Under the pieces are notes generated by a model. It saw nothing but the letters and a program-made list of their open reading frames with translations. It made no database searches and had not been told where the DNA came from. The translations under genes were made by a program, and so were the position numbers. Positions 27,927-36,680 of a stretch of DNA of 64,000 nt are shown here, in pieces (position 1 is the first letter of the stretch; each line of letters opens with the position of its first letter). The DNA is from a virus. Location: the IMG/VR virus record IMGVR_UViG_3300006903_000012; one strand, written 5' to 3'.

Positions 27927-28510
27927 TCTTTTCTCGCAATCCAGAGCGACGTGCCGAAAACACCACAGTGTCCACCGAAATCTAAAGAATTCAAATCTTG
28001 AACAACCTTACTGTCTGAGGAATTTGGATCATAATCATGGCAGATAATAACACCACCAGGTTTGAGTTTTTCCCAAGCCGCCATAACATCCTCTGCAGCA
28101 GTCAAATGGCATCCATCGATAAAGAACATTGAATAATTGACAACGTCTTGTTTCTCGGCAAACCATTCCTGACTAGTTTGCACGCACAATTTAACAAAAT
28201 AAGGTCGCAGGTTCCATTCATCAACTAGCGATTCAATACCTCGTTCCCACTCTTGCATCTCGTCCCAACTACGCTTACCGTGTTCTTGACCAGTCCCACT
28301 AAAATCATCGATACAAGTCAGATGCTTTAGTTTTTTTGGAGATGAATCGGCACATGCCTGTAAAATTGCAATCGTTGAGCGTCCTCGATAAGTTCCGATT
28401 TCAACAATCATAGCCGGTTCGGGCAACTTATAAACTTCTTCATATAAAACCATTGCCTCAGCTACATTAAACCAGCCTGGAATTTTATCCCATCGTTTTA
28501 CATCAAGCAT
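27923..28510 (-). CDS. Class I SAM-dependent (O-)methyltransferase, Methyltransf_24-like (195 aa)
   Basis: Motifs VEIGTYRGRST, FFIDGCH and LKPGGVIICHDY. Confidence 0.65.
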   Translation of the reverse strand: MLDVKRWDKIPGWFNVAEAMVLYEEVYKLPEPAMIVEIGTYRGRSTIAILQACADSSPKKLKHLTCIDDFSGTGQEHGKRSWDEMQEWERGIESLVDEWNLRPYFVKLCVQTSQEWFAEKQDVVNYSMFFIDGCHLTAAEDVMAAWEKLKPGGVIICHDYDPNSSDSKVVQDLNSLDFGGHCGVFGTSLWIARKE

Positions 28511-29444
28511 TTAAAACTCCTACATCTCGTAAATGATTAAGTGCATATTGAAGTCGAATATCATAAGTATGATGCCCCAAAACCCACGATCTCAACTCAT
28601 GTGTAAGTAATCCATCTTGCATTGCCATATAAGCTCGGTTAACTTGCTGCGGAATTTCTTCTAATGAATTGTAGATAAAGATTTGAAACCCATCCTGAAA
28701 CCCAAGTTTCTCAAAATCGGGCATTGGTGGAGTCACAACTGGAATTCCACATAATGGAGCCTCGAAGTACCGCATGGTTACATCGTAATCTACTCGCTCA
28801 TGCGTTACATCGTGTGGCAAATTATAGAATGTTGGAGCATGAAAACAAACCCAACTATCTCGATAAACCTTCGCAGCTTCTTTATAGAATAAACTATTTG
28901 GACCGGGCCAGAATAATTGACAAGTATCACGAGCATAATTTAATGCTGAACCTCGACCACTATCATAACAATTTCCGACAAAAGAACATTTATGAATTGG
29001 TTGATAAGATTGTGGCTCATTTGACCATTCAAACGGATCACCGGCGATTGGTAACCAACTTATTCTAGGATCATTTATATTTCCTGGAACTGTATAATAT
29101 CCAAATCTATCTAAATCAGGGCTTTGAGCTTGGAACACCCAACCACCTTTTTCCATAACCCATCGAGCCATATCATCATCACCAGGATTTCGTTGAACAC
29201 GATTCCAGCGTGAATCCCAGTACCACATTGATGTCCTTTTCAAATGAGCATCAGACGCTCGCCGAAAGTCAATGCCTTCACCGGAGTCTTGGCACCAAAA
29301 TAAATCATACTCATTCGGATCAGCAGCAAAATATTCATCCGGTGTCATTCGTCTAGTTTCATGCCCCAAACGCTGCAAAGCCTTGATCGTATAATTAGGT
29401 GCCGCACCAATATTGTCGACTGCAAACACAACTGGGATTCTCAT
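28503..29444 (-). CDS. CgeB-like glycosyltransferase (313 aa), paralog of 22767..23672
   Basis: See 22767..23672; the motifs are shared. Confidence 0.6.
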   Translation of the reverse strand: MRIPVVFAVDNIGAAPNYTIKALQRLGHETRRMTPDEYFAADPNEYDLFWCQDSGEGIDFRRASDAHLKRTSMWYWDSRWNRVQRNPGDDDMARWVMEKGGWVFQAQSPDLDRFGYYTVPGNINDPRISWLPIAGDPFEWSNEPQSYQPIHKCSFVGNCYDSGRGSALNYARDTCQLFWPGPNSLFYKEAAKVYRDSWVCFHAPTFYNLPHDVTHERVDYDVTMRYFEAPLCGIPVVTPPMPDFEKLGFQDGFQIFIYNSLEEIPQQVNRAYMAMQDGLLTHELRSWVLGHHTYDIRLQYALNHLRDVGVLNA

Positions 29445-29818
29445 AGTTTCTTCAATCCTTTTACACCCGACCAGCCCATAATTCCTGTCTCAGCCCCGCT
29501 ATGCTGTATCCATTGCTTATCATCTGAAATACTTAACTGGTTAACTTTCTGTCCCAGACTCAACTGACCCAAAACTTTCGAACCAAGCATACTTGGCTTG
29601 TCTCGAATATTCCAAACAGGTACGATCACTTCCCACATAAATCCGCTATGTGGATTTTCAGCTTTCGGTTCGCCATATGGATAAATATCACCACGTTCTT
29701 TGAGATCATCTAGCATTAGGTGCAAGTGTTGACTTATCCGAATTTGCAAATCCAACCGATCAACTGGAATAGAAACAAACCACAAATAATTAGTTATTTC
29801 AGCAACAGAATCAGCCAT
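29441..29818 (-). CDS. Hypothetical protein with a C-terminal SH3b-like segment (125 aa)
   Basis: The C-terminus GSKVLGQLSLGQKVNQLSISDDKQWIQHSGAETGIMGWSG fits the bacterial SH3 pattern (G..V.........W......G..GW). Confidence 0.45.
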   Translation of the reverse strand: MADSVAEITNYLWFVSIPVDRLDLQIRISQHLHLMLDDLKERGDIYPYGEPKAENPHSGFMWEVIVPVWNIRDKPSMLGSKVLGQLSLGQKVNQLSISDDKQWIQHSGAETGIMGWSGVKGLKKL

Positions 29819-29824
29819 GTAACT

Positions 29825-30550
29825 TTACTCCTTTCGTCCGTGCTTCTGGATCAAATATTCAAACTCAGGCTTCCGCTTCTCAAGAACAGATTGTTCGCTC
29901 TCATTACTATAAACTGTTTGAGAAACTAAATGAGTCATCATCGGATCATCACCCAATTCGACGCCAGGAACATGAGTTACCACATAACCTGCTTTCGACA
30001 TCCGAATCGACAAATCAACATCTTGACAAGAATAATTGAATTTTTCATCTAAGATTTTGCCATCTTCAGCGATTGATAAAGCAGTTGCCAAGTTGAATCC
30101 CCAAATCCCACCAGTCGCAAATGGATGACCAAAGACTGACATTGCGCTAGAACCAACTAATCCAGTACCCGGAACATGCAATCGATTTGATAGAGCTTCT
30201 AACCAACCTTCTTTCTTAAAAATCACATCGTTATTAAGAAGCCAAACATCAATTTCTTCTCTGGGAGTACTCGGATAAGTCTTCATCAGCGCATTAATGC
30301 CACGATTCCAACCTTCTGAAATTCCACAACCCTTTGCAGAGAGATAACCGGCCGTTATAAAACTATGTGGAGCTACAAAATTCAAAAATGTAGTAGCACC
30401 AAATTCTTCCAGCATATCTCCAGCGTCTACAAGAATCAAATAAATGTAAGGAGTAAAATTTTCGTTACCAATAAGCGTTTCTTTTAGAGTCTCTAAACAT
30501 TGCCAAGTCAAATCCTTACGACCTTTGACTGTCATAATTACTGCATTCAT
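29825..30550 (-). CDS. Family 2 glycosyltransferase (241 aa)
   Basis: Motifs LILVDAGD, WLLNNDVIFKKEGW and YSCQDVDLSIR. Confidence 0.7.
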   Translation of the reverse strand: MNAVIMTVKGRKDLTWQCLETLKETLIGNENFTPYIYLILVDAGDMLEEFGATTFLNFVAPHSFITAGYLSAKGCGISEGWNRGINALMKTYPSTPREEIDVWLLNNDVIFKKEGWLEALSNRLHVPGTGLVGSSAMSVFGHPFATGGIWGFNLATALSIAEDGKILDEKFNYSCQDVDLSIRMSKAGYVVTHVPGVELGDDPMMTHLVSQTVYSNESEQSVLEKRKPEFEYLIQKHGRKE

Positions 30551-31479
30551 CGACTTTTCTCCGTCATTTTCATTCGCTTATACCACTCAATTGTTTTCTG
30601 CAAACCTTCTTCTAATTGAATCTTAGCCGTCCAGCCAAATTCTTTGCTAATCCGCTCAACACTTACCCGGCGACGCGGTTGACCATTTGGTTTTGACAAA
30701 TCATAAACAATCTCACCCGTATATCCACACAGTCGGGCAATAATCATTGCCAATTCTTTAATTCGAATCTCGACCCCAGAACCGACGTTGTAGACTGTTT
30801 CCTTATTTTCATTCTCAGCAATTAATTTGATCGCAGCTGCCGCATCATCTACATATAAAAATTCTCGCGTCGCCAAACCATCACCCCATACCACAACTTC
30901 TTTCTCGTTCCGTTCAGCAGCTCTAACAAATTTCTTAATCAATGCCGGGATCACATGCGAAACATCATCGCCAAATTTATCACCGGGACCATATAAATTC
31001 GTTGGAATAACGGTTACCCCATTGAACCCAAATTGCTCACGATACGCATCAAGCATAACCATCAAGGTTCGTTTAGCAATTCCATACGGTGCATTTGTTT
31101 CTTCAGGATAGCCATTCCAAATCTCTTCCTCTCGAAACGGCACTGAACAAAACTTAGGATACGAACAAACAGTACCAACCAAAACAAATTTTTCTACCTT
31201 ATTCAAAAAGCAAGAATGAATTGTATTTATTCCCATCTGCAAATTATCAACAAGAAATGCACTCGGAAAAGATTTATTAGCACCGATTCCACCGACACGG
31301 GCAGCTAGATGAATAACTGTATCAGGTTTCCAGCCAGTTATCAGTTTACCTAAACCGTCTGAATAAATCAAATCTGTTTCATCATTGTGCCCCATCGGCA
31401 AAGTCTTATATTCTTTTTCCAATAATTCACAAAGTTTTGTTCCTAAAAATCCAGTGGCTCCTGTTACTAAAGCACGCAT
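30547..31479 (-). CDS. fcl: GDP-L-fucose synthase-like SDR (GDP-4-keto-6-deoxymannose 3,5-epimerase/4-reductase)
   Basis: Motifs ALVTGATGFLG, YGIAKR, PTNLYGPGDKFGDDVSHVIPALIKKF, VVWGDGLATREFLYVDD. Confidence 0.75.
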   Translation of the reverse strand: MRALVTGATGFLGTKLCELLEKEYKTLPMGHNDETDLIYSDGLGKLITGWKPDTVIHLAARVGGIGANKSFPSAFLVDNLQMGINTIHSCFLNKVEKFVLVGTVCSYPKFCSVPFREEEIWNGYPEETNAPYGIAKRTLMVMLDAYREQFGFNGVTVIPTNLYGPGDKFGDDVSHVIPALIKKFVRAAERNEKEVVVWGDGLATREFLYVDDAAAAIKLIAENENKETVYNVGSGVEIRIKELAMIIARLCGYTGEIVYDLSKPNGQPRRRVSVERISKEFGWTAKIQLEEGLQKTIEWYKRMKMTEKSR

Positions 31480-31491
31480 ATACTGCTCCTT

Positions 31492-32196
31492 CTAATCATG
31501 GATATTGATGTCGTCTCGCCCCAAAGTTCCTAACCATTTATAGCAAAATTCCAGTCGTGAGATATGGGCTAACCGTTGATACTCAATCAAATCATCTTTA
31601 TAGTAATTCCTTGTTGCTCCTTCGAGATGTTCGATGTACTCGCCTTTGAGATAATCAAGCGGCCGAATTTTATAACCATCTAACTGAACTCGATGATTGA
31701 AGTCGACTTCTTCACAAGTAAAGAGGAATCTTTCATCAAATCCCAATTCACCATGAGCCAAGAATCGTTCTAGCCTAAAAGCAAAGATACTACCTTGAAT
31801 AAAGGCAACATTCTGCCACGACATGCCCGTCATCCCAACAATTCCGACTTCTTGATTTTGCAGCTCGTTTTCAAATGCTTCTAACCAACCAGACTTATGA
31901 AAGATAAGATCATTATTACAAATCAGTATCTTATATTGAGTACTCATCTGATACCCGAGATTCCAAGCTTTCGACAAATTAACTGAATCTTCAAGGAGTA
32001 CAGGCCTTGTAACTATTTTGTCCTTATTAGCTACTGACCAAATACAAAAGTTCAACCAAGACTCTCGATCAGGAGAGCCGTTATCAATATAAATCAATTC
32101 CAAAACTTTATTTGGTGTTGTTTCTATAAGTGTATTTAGAAACTGCTCCGTGACTGACCACATGCCTTTTGCCACAACAATCACTGACCAAGTCAT
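31492..32196 (-). CDS. Family 2 glycosyltransferase (234 aa)
   Basis: Motifs LIYIDNGSPD, LICNNDLIFHKSGW and FTCEEVDFNHR. Confidence 0.7.
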   Translation of the reverse strand: MTWSVIVVAKGMWSVTEQFLNTLIETTPNKVLELIYIDNGSPDRESWLNFCIWSVANKDKIVTRPVLLEDSVNLSKAWNLGYQMSTQYKILICNNDLIFHKSGWLEAFENELQNQEVGIVGMTGMSWQNVAFIQGSIFAFRLERFLAHGELGFDERFLFTCEEVDFNHRVQLDGYKIRPLDYLKGEYIEHLEGATRNYYKDDLIEYQRLAHISRLEFCYKWLGTLGRDDINIHD

Positions 32197-32205
32197 TTTT
32201 TTCTC

Positions 32206-32535
32206 TCACCTTATAACAGTAATATTCAGACGATTAGCTAATCTAACAAACAATAAAGAAACGGCCGCAACTGAAAAAATCGAAATAACAGAATCAAACA
32301 CTATCGAAGCAGTTAAAGCCAAAGGCAAAGGAAATACAAGATGATAAATCAAAAGTAGAAAGGTCGAGACCCAATACGACATACATAAATCACAATTAAA
32401 TGGTCTTCCGGCCAATTCAGGAAATGTATCTAACCACTTATTTTTAAATCTCTGCCAAAGCATTGGATGACTAGCATCATCTAAGAAGTAAACGATAAAT
32501 CCAGCTGCTAAACCTATCCATAATAGTTTATCCAC
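32206..32535 (-). CDS. Small integral membrane protein (109 aa, about 3 TM)
   Basis: Hydrophobic segments LLWIGLAAGFIVYFL, WVSTFLLLIYHLVFPLPLALTASIVF and SIFSVAAVSLLFV. Confidence 0.55.
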   Translation of the reverse strand: MDKLLWIGLAAGFIVYFLDDASHPMLWQRFKNKWLDTFPELAGRPFNCDLCMSYWVSTFLLLIYHLVFPLPLALTASIVFDSVISIFSVAAVSLLFVRLANRLNITVIR

Positions 32536-33949
32536 GATTTATTTCTCCTGTATAAATCTGATTCACGTCTGGTGTCTGCCCAACTTCAAAGAACTTCTTT
32601 AGATACCCATCCGCCACTACTGTTATTTGATCGGGTGTAAATTGCAACCAAATAATCCACTCAGGATGATTGATACCCATTCGATAATCATTCCGAACTG
32701 CAAAAACTGTTTCAGAATGTTCTTCACGGAGTAATATCGAACCAGCATTTGATTTCTTATAATAACTTGGATGTTTTGCTTTGTCATCAATTACGGGTAC
32801 ATCGCCCACCACTGGTTCCAATTTTACTTCGGGCTCACTAACGACCTGTTGAACAACGATCGGTCCCAATGGTTGCGTGTCGCCGCTATAAATCTTATCA
32901 GCAAAAAATTCTGGCTCCACTAACTCAACATCATCCCACTTAAAGCCTAATTCGATTAACCATTTAGGATCACTCAACTTGATGTAGTGATTTTCACGAT
33001 ACGCATAGACTTGTGGATCAAAACCAATTTTCAGTAAACTAGCCGATAGATGCTTGTGATAATGAATAGGGTCCGACCAGTCTTGTGAATCGGTCCACTT
33101 TTTTGCATTAGCATATTTACCGACACCATGCTTCGCATCAATAAAAGTAATATTCGCTTGAACCTCGCGACTGTTGGCTTTTTGATCGCGCGGATGCCAC
33201 ACATGAAAACCAAAAATCGACTTGTAAAATAACCAGTCTGTGCCAGCCTCATCCGCTGTCAATCCAAGATCAGCATCTTCACCACCATGACCGACGATTC
33301 GCTCATCAAAACCACCCAGTTGCCAAAATAGATTTTTAGGATAAGAAATATTACCAGATAAGGCACCCAACCCCGAACCTTTACGAATGGCAGTTAGATC
33401 ATCTGTAAAATCAGCAGACCGAATATCTGGCCCAAAGGGACTATCGTTTGGAATACTTAACAACAATTGTCGAGACATAACTGTCTGCATTAGACTATCA
33501 AAACTCGGTGCCTTCCATAATAGTTCAGGCTCAAACCAATCAACTGGTGGCAACCAATGATACTGACCAACGATAATACAATCCGGTTGAGCTTCAGATG
33601 CCTTTGCATATGCCGCTAAAGCGTTTTCATTTAGAACAACGTCACTATCGACAAAAATGTAACGGTCACCGTTGGCATTGAAGGCGCCGATATTTCTAGC
33701 ACGTCCACCACGGAATCCTTTATTCGGACCTCCAGATAGATACCCTAACCAATTCCAAGCAGTAGATTTTCCTCCAGACATCCCATCAAAATTTAAATCA
33801 GCGACCCAATCCCCAGTTAAACCATCTGTTGAACCATCATCAACTACAATTACTTCAAAATCTGGTGGATTAATCTGCTGTGCTAATGATGCTAAACACA
33901 ACTTCAAATTTTCTAATCGATTATACACCGGGATAATAACTGACAGCAT
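32528..33949 (-). CDS. Family 2 glycosyltransferase with a long C-terminal extension (473 aa)
   Basis: Motifs LSVIIPVYNRLENL, VVDDGSTDG and FVDSDV, with an AAGGAG RBS. Confidence 0.75.
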   Translation of the reverse strand: MLSVIIPVYNRLENLKLCLASLAQQINPPDFEVIVVDDGSTDGLTGDWVADLNFDGMSGGKSTAWNWLGYLSGGPNKGFRGGRARNIGAFNANGDRYIFVDSDVVLNENALAAYAKASEAQPDCIIVGQYHWLPPVDWFEPELLWKAPSFDSLMQTVMSRQLLLSIPNDSPFGPDIRSADFTDDLTAIRKGSGLGALSGNISYPKNLFWQLGGFDERIVGHGGEDADLGLTADEAGTDWLFYKSIFGFHVWHPRDQKANSREVQANITFIDAKHGVGKYANAKKWTDSQDWSDPIHYHKHLSASLLKIGFDPQVYAYRENHYIKLSDPKWLIELGFKWDDVELVEPEFFADKIYSGDTQPLGPIVVQQVVSEPEVKLEPVVGDVPVIDDKAKHPSYYKKSNAGSILLREEHSETVFAVRNDYRMGINHPEWIIWLQFTPDQITVVADGYLKKFFEVGQTPDVNQIYTGEINRG

Positions 33950-33972
33950 TTCCGCTTTCTCCTTATAACTAA

Positions 33973-34512
33973 TTATTTATTGCTAAATTGAGTTTTGAGA
34001 ACTTCTGCAATTACATCTGCCGCCGTCGCCTTCTGAAACTGCGGCGGAACCTTTTTCTTAGCTGGTACTTGCTGCTGTGTATCTTCAGGAGCTTGCTCTT
34101 TTTGCTGTGCAGGAACTGCTGATTGTTCTTTTGGAGCTGGTTTCTCGTTTGTTGGTGCTTCCTCAGGCGCTTGCTCTTCAGTTTCTTCAACTGGCTCTTC
34201 GTTTTGCAGCCCTTGGCGCGCTTGCATTGATGCCAATCCACCTTGACTAGAAACACTATTTGGATCATCAGTCGGTTCAGGCGCTTCTGCTTTAGCCGCA
34301 CCCGCTTTTGTATACTTCATCGGATTAGCCGTCGCACCCGGATCATCATAAGTACACTCAACCCCAAAACCACCATTCAACCCAGTCCAAAAAGGACAAG
34401 TCCAACAAACTTTTGAAACGTGAACACCATCGAAATTAACAACATCACCCTGATAATGGCAATAGACCTGCCCATTCGGGTCGGTTGCATTTACATGTAT
34501 AACGTCTTCCAT
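33973..34512 (-). CDS. Hypothetical protein: Cys-containing N-domain plus an E/P/A/Q-rich low-complexity tail (179 aa)
   Basis: Minus ORF with an ATGA-type junction to the upstream gene. Confidence 0.55.
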   Translation of the reverse strand: MEDVIHVNATDPNGQVYCHYQGDVVNFDGVHVSKVCWTCPFWTGLNGGFGVECTYDDPGATANPMKYTKAGAAKAEAPEPTDDPNSVSSQGGLASMQARQGLQNEEPVEETEEQAPEEAPTNEKPAPKEQSAVPAQQKEQAPEDTQQQVPAKKKVPPQFQKATAADVIAEVLKTQFSNK

Positions 34513-34808
34513 TAATTATTTCCTTCGGGAGTTTCAAAAATAACACACACTGTGCCAGATGCACCTACTACATAAAGATCCGACGGATCATCCATCCACA
34601 ACGGCAAGTAGCTAGTTGTCGGAATCTCAGCACCAGATGAAGTTGTCACATTTTTATTACCCCCAACATAAATTCCAGCAGTACTGGCTTTCAATAAAAT
34701 TCTATTTGTTGGGCCGACATTACCATCGGCATCGATTGGTTGCGGTGTTGAACCAGCCGAAATTTGTGCTGTCTCAACTCCTGCGGCAGCTTGGTTAAAT
34801 CTTGCCAT
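34512..34808 (-). CDS. Hypothetical beta-rich small protein (98 aa), possible head accessory/decoration protein
   Basis: Position in the head-proximal cluster; no motif recognised. Confidence 0.45.
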   Translation of the reverse strand: MARFNQAAAGVETAQISAGSTPQPIDADGNVGPTNRILLKASTAGIYVGGNKNVTTSSGAEIPTTSYLPLWMDDPSDLYVVGASGTVCVIFETPEGNN

Positions 34809-34811
34809 AAA

Positions 34812-35078
34812 TTATCCTGATTTCTTTACCGGTGAGCCAAATTGACCAGCCCACACGGGAACTATTTTACCCGACAAGATGTCTTCTTCTTTCGCAAATA
34901 ATGGAATCTCTACTTGGGTTCCGTTACAGCCACAACCCTGCTTAGTCATAATTTTCAACATCGCATCGACATCCCGTTCTTCAACTAAACACCACGGATT
35001 AAAATTATAAATTGTAAACGATGGTCCTTGTACCGATCGTTGCTGAACCGGAACAACTCCTAATTTGACCACACTCAA
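34812..35078 (-). CDS. Small QGCGC-motif protein (88 aa), paralog of 16369..16590
   Basis: Contains the shared ...D(V/A)D....L.I.T(K/-)QGCGC..NG block. Confidence 0.55.
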   Translation of the reverse strand: MSVVKLGVVPVQQRSVQGPSFTIYNFNPWCLVEERDVDAMLKIMTKQGCGCNGTQVEIPLFAKEEDILSGKIVPVWAGQFGSPVKKSG

Positions 35079-35081
35079 CTC

Positions 35082-35426
35082 CTACTCACCTAATTTCTCT
35101 TTTGTTTCTTCCACCAGTTCACGGACTGTCATCCAACGATTATTTCTGCCAGCAATTGCAAGTTCGATATTCTCAACACGACAAATTGCATCCATCAATA
35201 CCGGAGATATAGAATCAATTGGACCTGAAACAAAGGCTCCAGTACAAGTAATTTTTTTATCATGCAATCGCTTACAGATACAACTTGGACACAGTAATCC
35301 GCTATCATCACCATTTGTAGAAATTTGTTTCCAAGCCCAATATGGAATTATAAGATCAGGAAATCCATGTTCGGCTCCATATTGCCGATTACAATCTTCA
35401 CAACTCGCAGTTTTAATTTCGTCCAT
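35082..35426 (-). CDS. Hypothetical Cys-rich protein (114 aa)
   Basis: Minus ORF with CEDC...CPSCIC pairs. Confidence 0.5.
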   Translation of the reverse strand: MDEIKTASCEDCNRQYGAEHGFPDLIIPYWAWKQISTNGDDSGLLCPSCICKRLHDKKITCTGAFVSGPIDSISPVLMDAICRVENIELAIAGRNNRWMTVRELVEETKEKLGE

Positions 35427-35642
35427 ATACTTTCTCCAGAAGTTTTGTCTTGGTGATTTTGGCTGGTTAAACGAACACCCATTCTCCTGAGGTCTACCAC
35501 ATCACGGGATATTTTATATCTAAAACTGGATGTATCCGATCACCATCCATCGGACATTTCTCAAAGTGAAAGGATAAAAGTCTTTGAGCGTCTTTTCGAC
35601 TTATTAGTCACATTTAGCAGAACAATAAGTAAAGATAGTTAA

Positions 35643-35909
35643 CTAGTTACCGCTACTAACTTCACCTGCTGGCTTTGGATACATATGATAATCCGCCACC
35701 GTCTTACCCTGTTCATTCATTACATACACATGCCCAGAATCAATGATTCTAAAATGGTGTTCTTTACCTTCATAGAAGAAATAATGAACAGCACCAGGCA
35801 TTTTACTATCACTAATTGAAACATTATCTGAAGCATAAGTCTCAACCAATGTCACATCAGGAATAACATATTCTGAATTATCGTGCCGAATAACTTTTAC
35901 TGAAAACAT
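35643..35909 (-). CDS. Hypothetical small protein (88 aa)
   Basis: Minus ORF with an AAAGGAG RBS 8 nt upstream of the ATG at 35909. Confidence 0.55.
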   Translation of the reverse strand: MFSVKVIRHDNSEYVIPDVTLVETYASDNVSISDSKMPGAVHYFFYEGKEHHFRIIDSGHVYVMNEQGKTVADYHMYPKPAGEVSSGN

Positions 35910-35929
35910 ATTTTCTGCTCCTTTATCTG

Positions 35930-36680
35930 AATAAAAATATTTCTGTTAAATGCTTCTAATATCACCGGCGGTCCGCAATAGAAAGAAACCCCAATCTCGT
36001 AAGGTTAAGAAGAACTATCGCGTAGCCTTACCCTTCCAGTTTATTTTCGTAACCCATAGTTCCTAGCATCCTACCCGGATAGATCACAGTTACCTGTGCC
36101 CCTATCAATGGCAGTTATAGGATCGAGTTTTTCAACCAGAACAGATTGGCAGCTGACCAGACTGATCTAGCTCATGCTATTGGGTCCTGTCCATGAGCTA
36201 CGGCTGAATTGTTTATCTAAATACTATCTGGGTGTCTTACACCTTGCGGAATATTTATTCGGTATATTGTTCCCTCGATCTTAATCGAGTTTTGCTAGAG
36301 AACCATCGTCCCAGTTACATTCACAATGTTTATCGGCTCTCACCAGGAAGGCTTGTCTTATTGGCTTGCTGTCCAGATGCTTCTTGCATCGCCATCGCAG
36401 GCGACATCTGGGACTTGTCAATTCAAGTTCTGACTCTGGGCCGGCCATTATTCCGCTCACCTTGCTAGTCTGTCTTCGTTATTAATCTCGTTTCAAGATT
36501 TCATAACTTACTCGGTTGCGCGCCGAGACCAGACCGCAGATAGTAATGTTATTTAGTTGTTATTACTTAATTCCCAATTATCGAACATCCCGTTCCCAGG
36601 CGACCAGTGAAGCGGGAGGTATATGCGGCTTGCGCACACATATGCTTCACAACCAACGCAGTTCATTTCTTGTTATCACA
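35930..36680 (-). other. ORF-less ~750-nt structured region (element B) containing at least two degenerate group-I-like ribozyme cores
   Basis: There is no minus ORF of 60 aa or more. Module 1 (about 36600-36400) has CUCGG-cgcgcaa-CCGAGUAAG (36527-36511), a P6-like GUUAU...AUAAC, CAGACUAG (36472-36465), AGAGUCAGAACUUG (about 36440-36427) and a P9-like hairpin. Module 2 has an 8-bp hairpin AGCUCAUG/CAUGAGCU (36199-36169) followed by AGAUCAGUCUGG (about 36168-36157). Confidence 0.5.
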
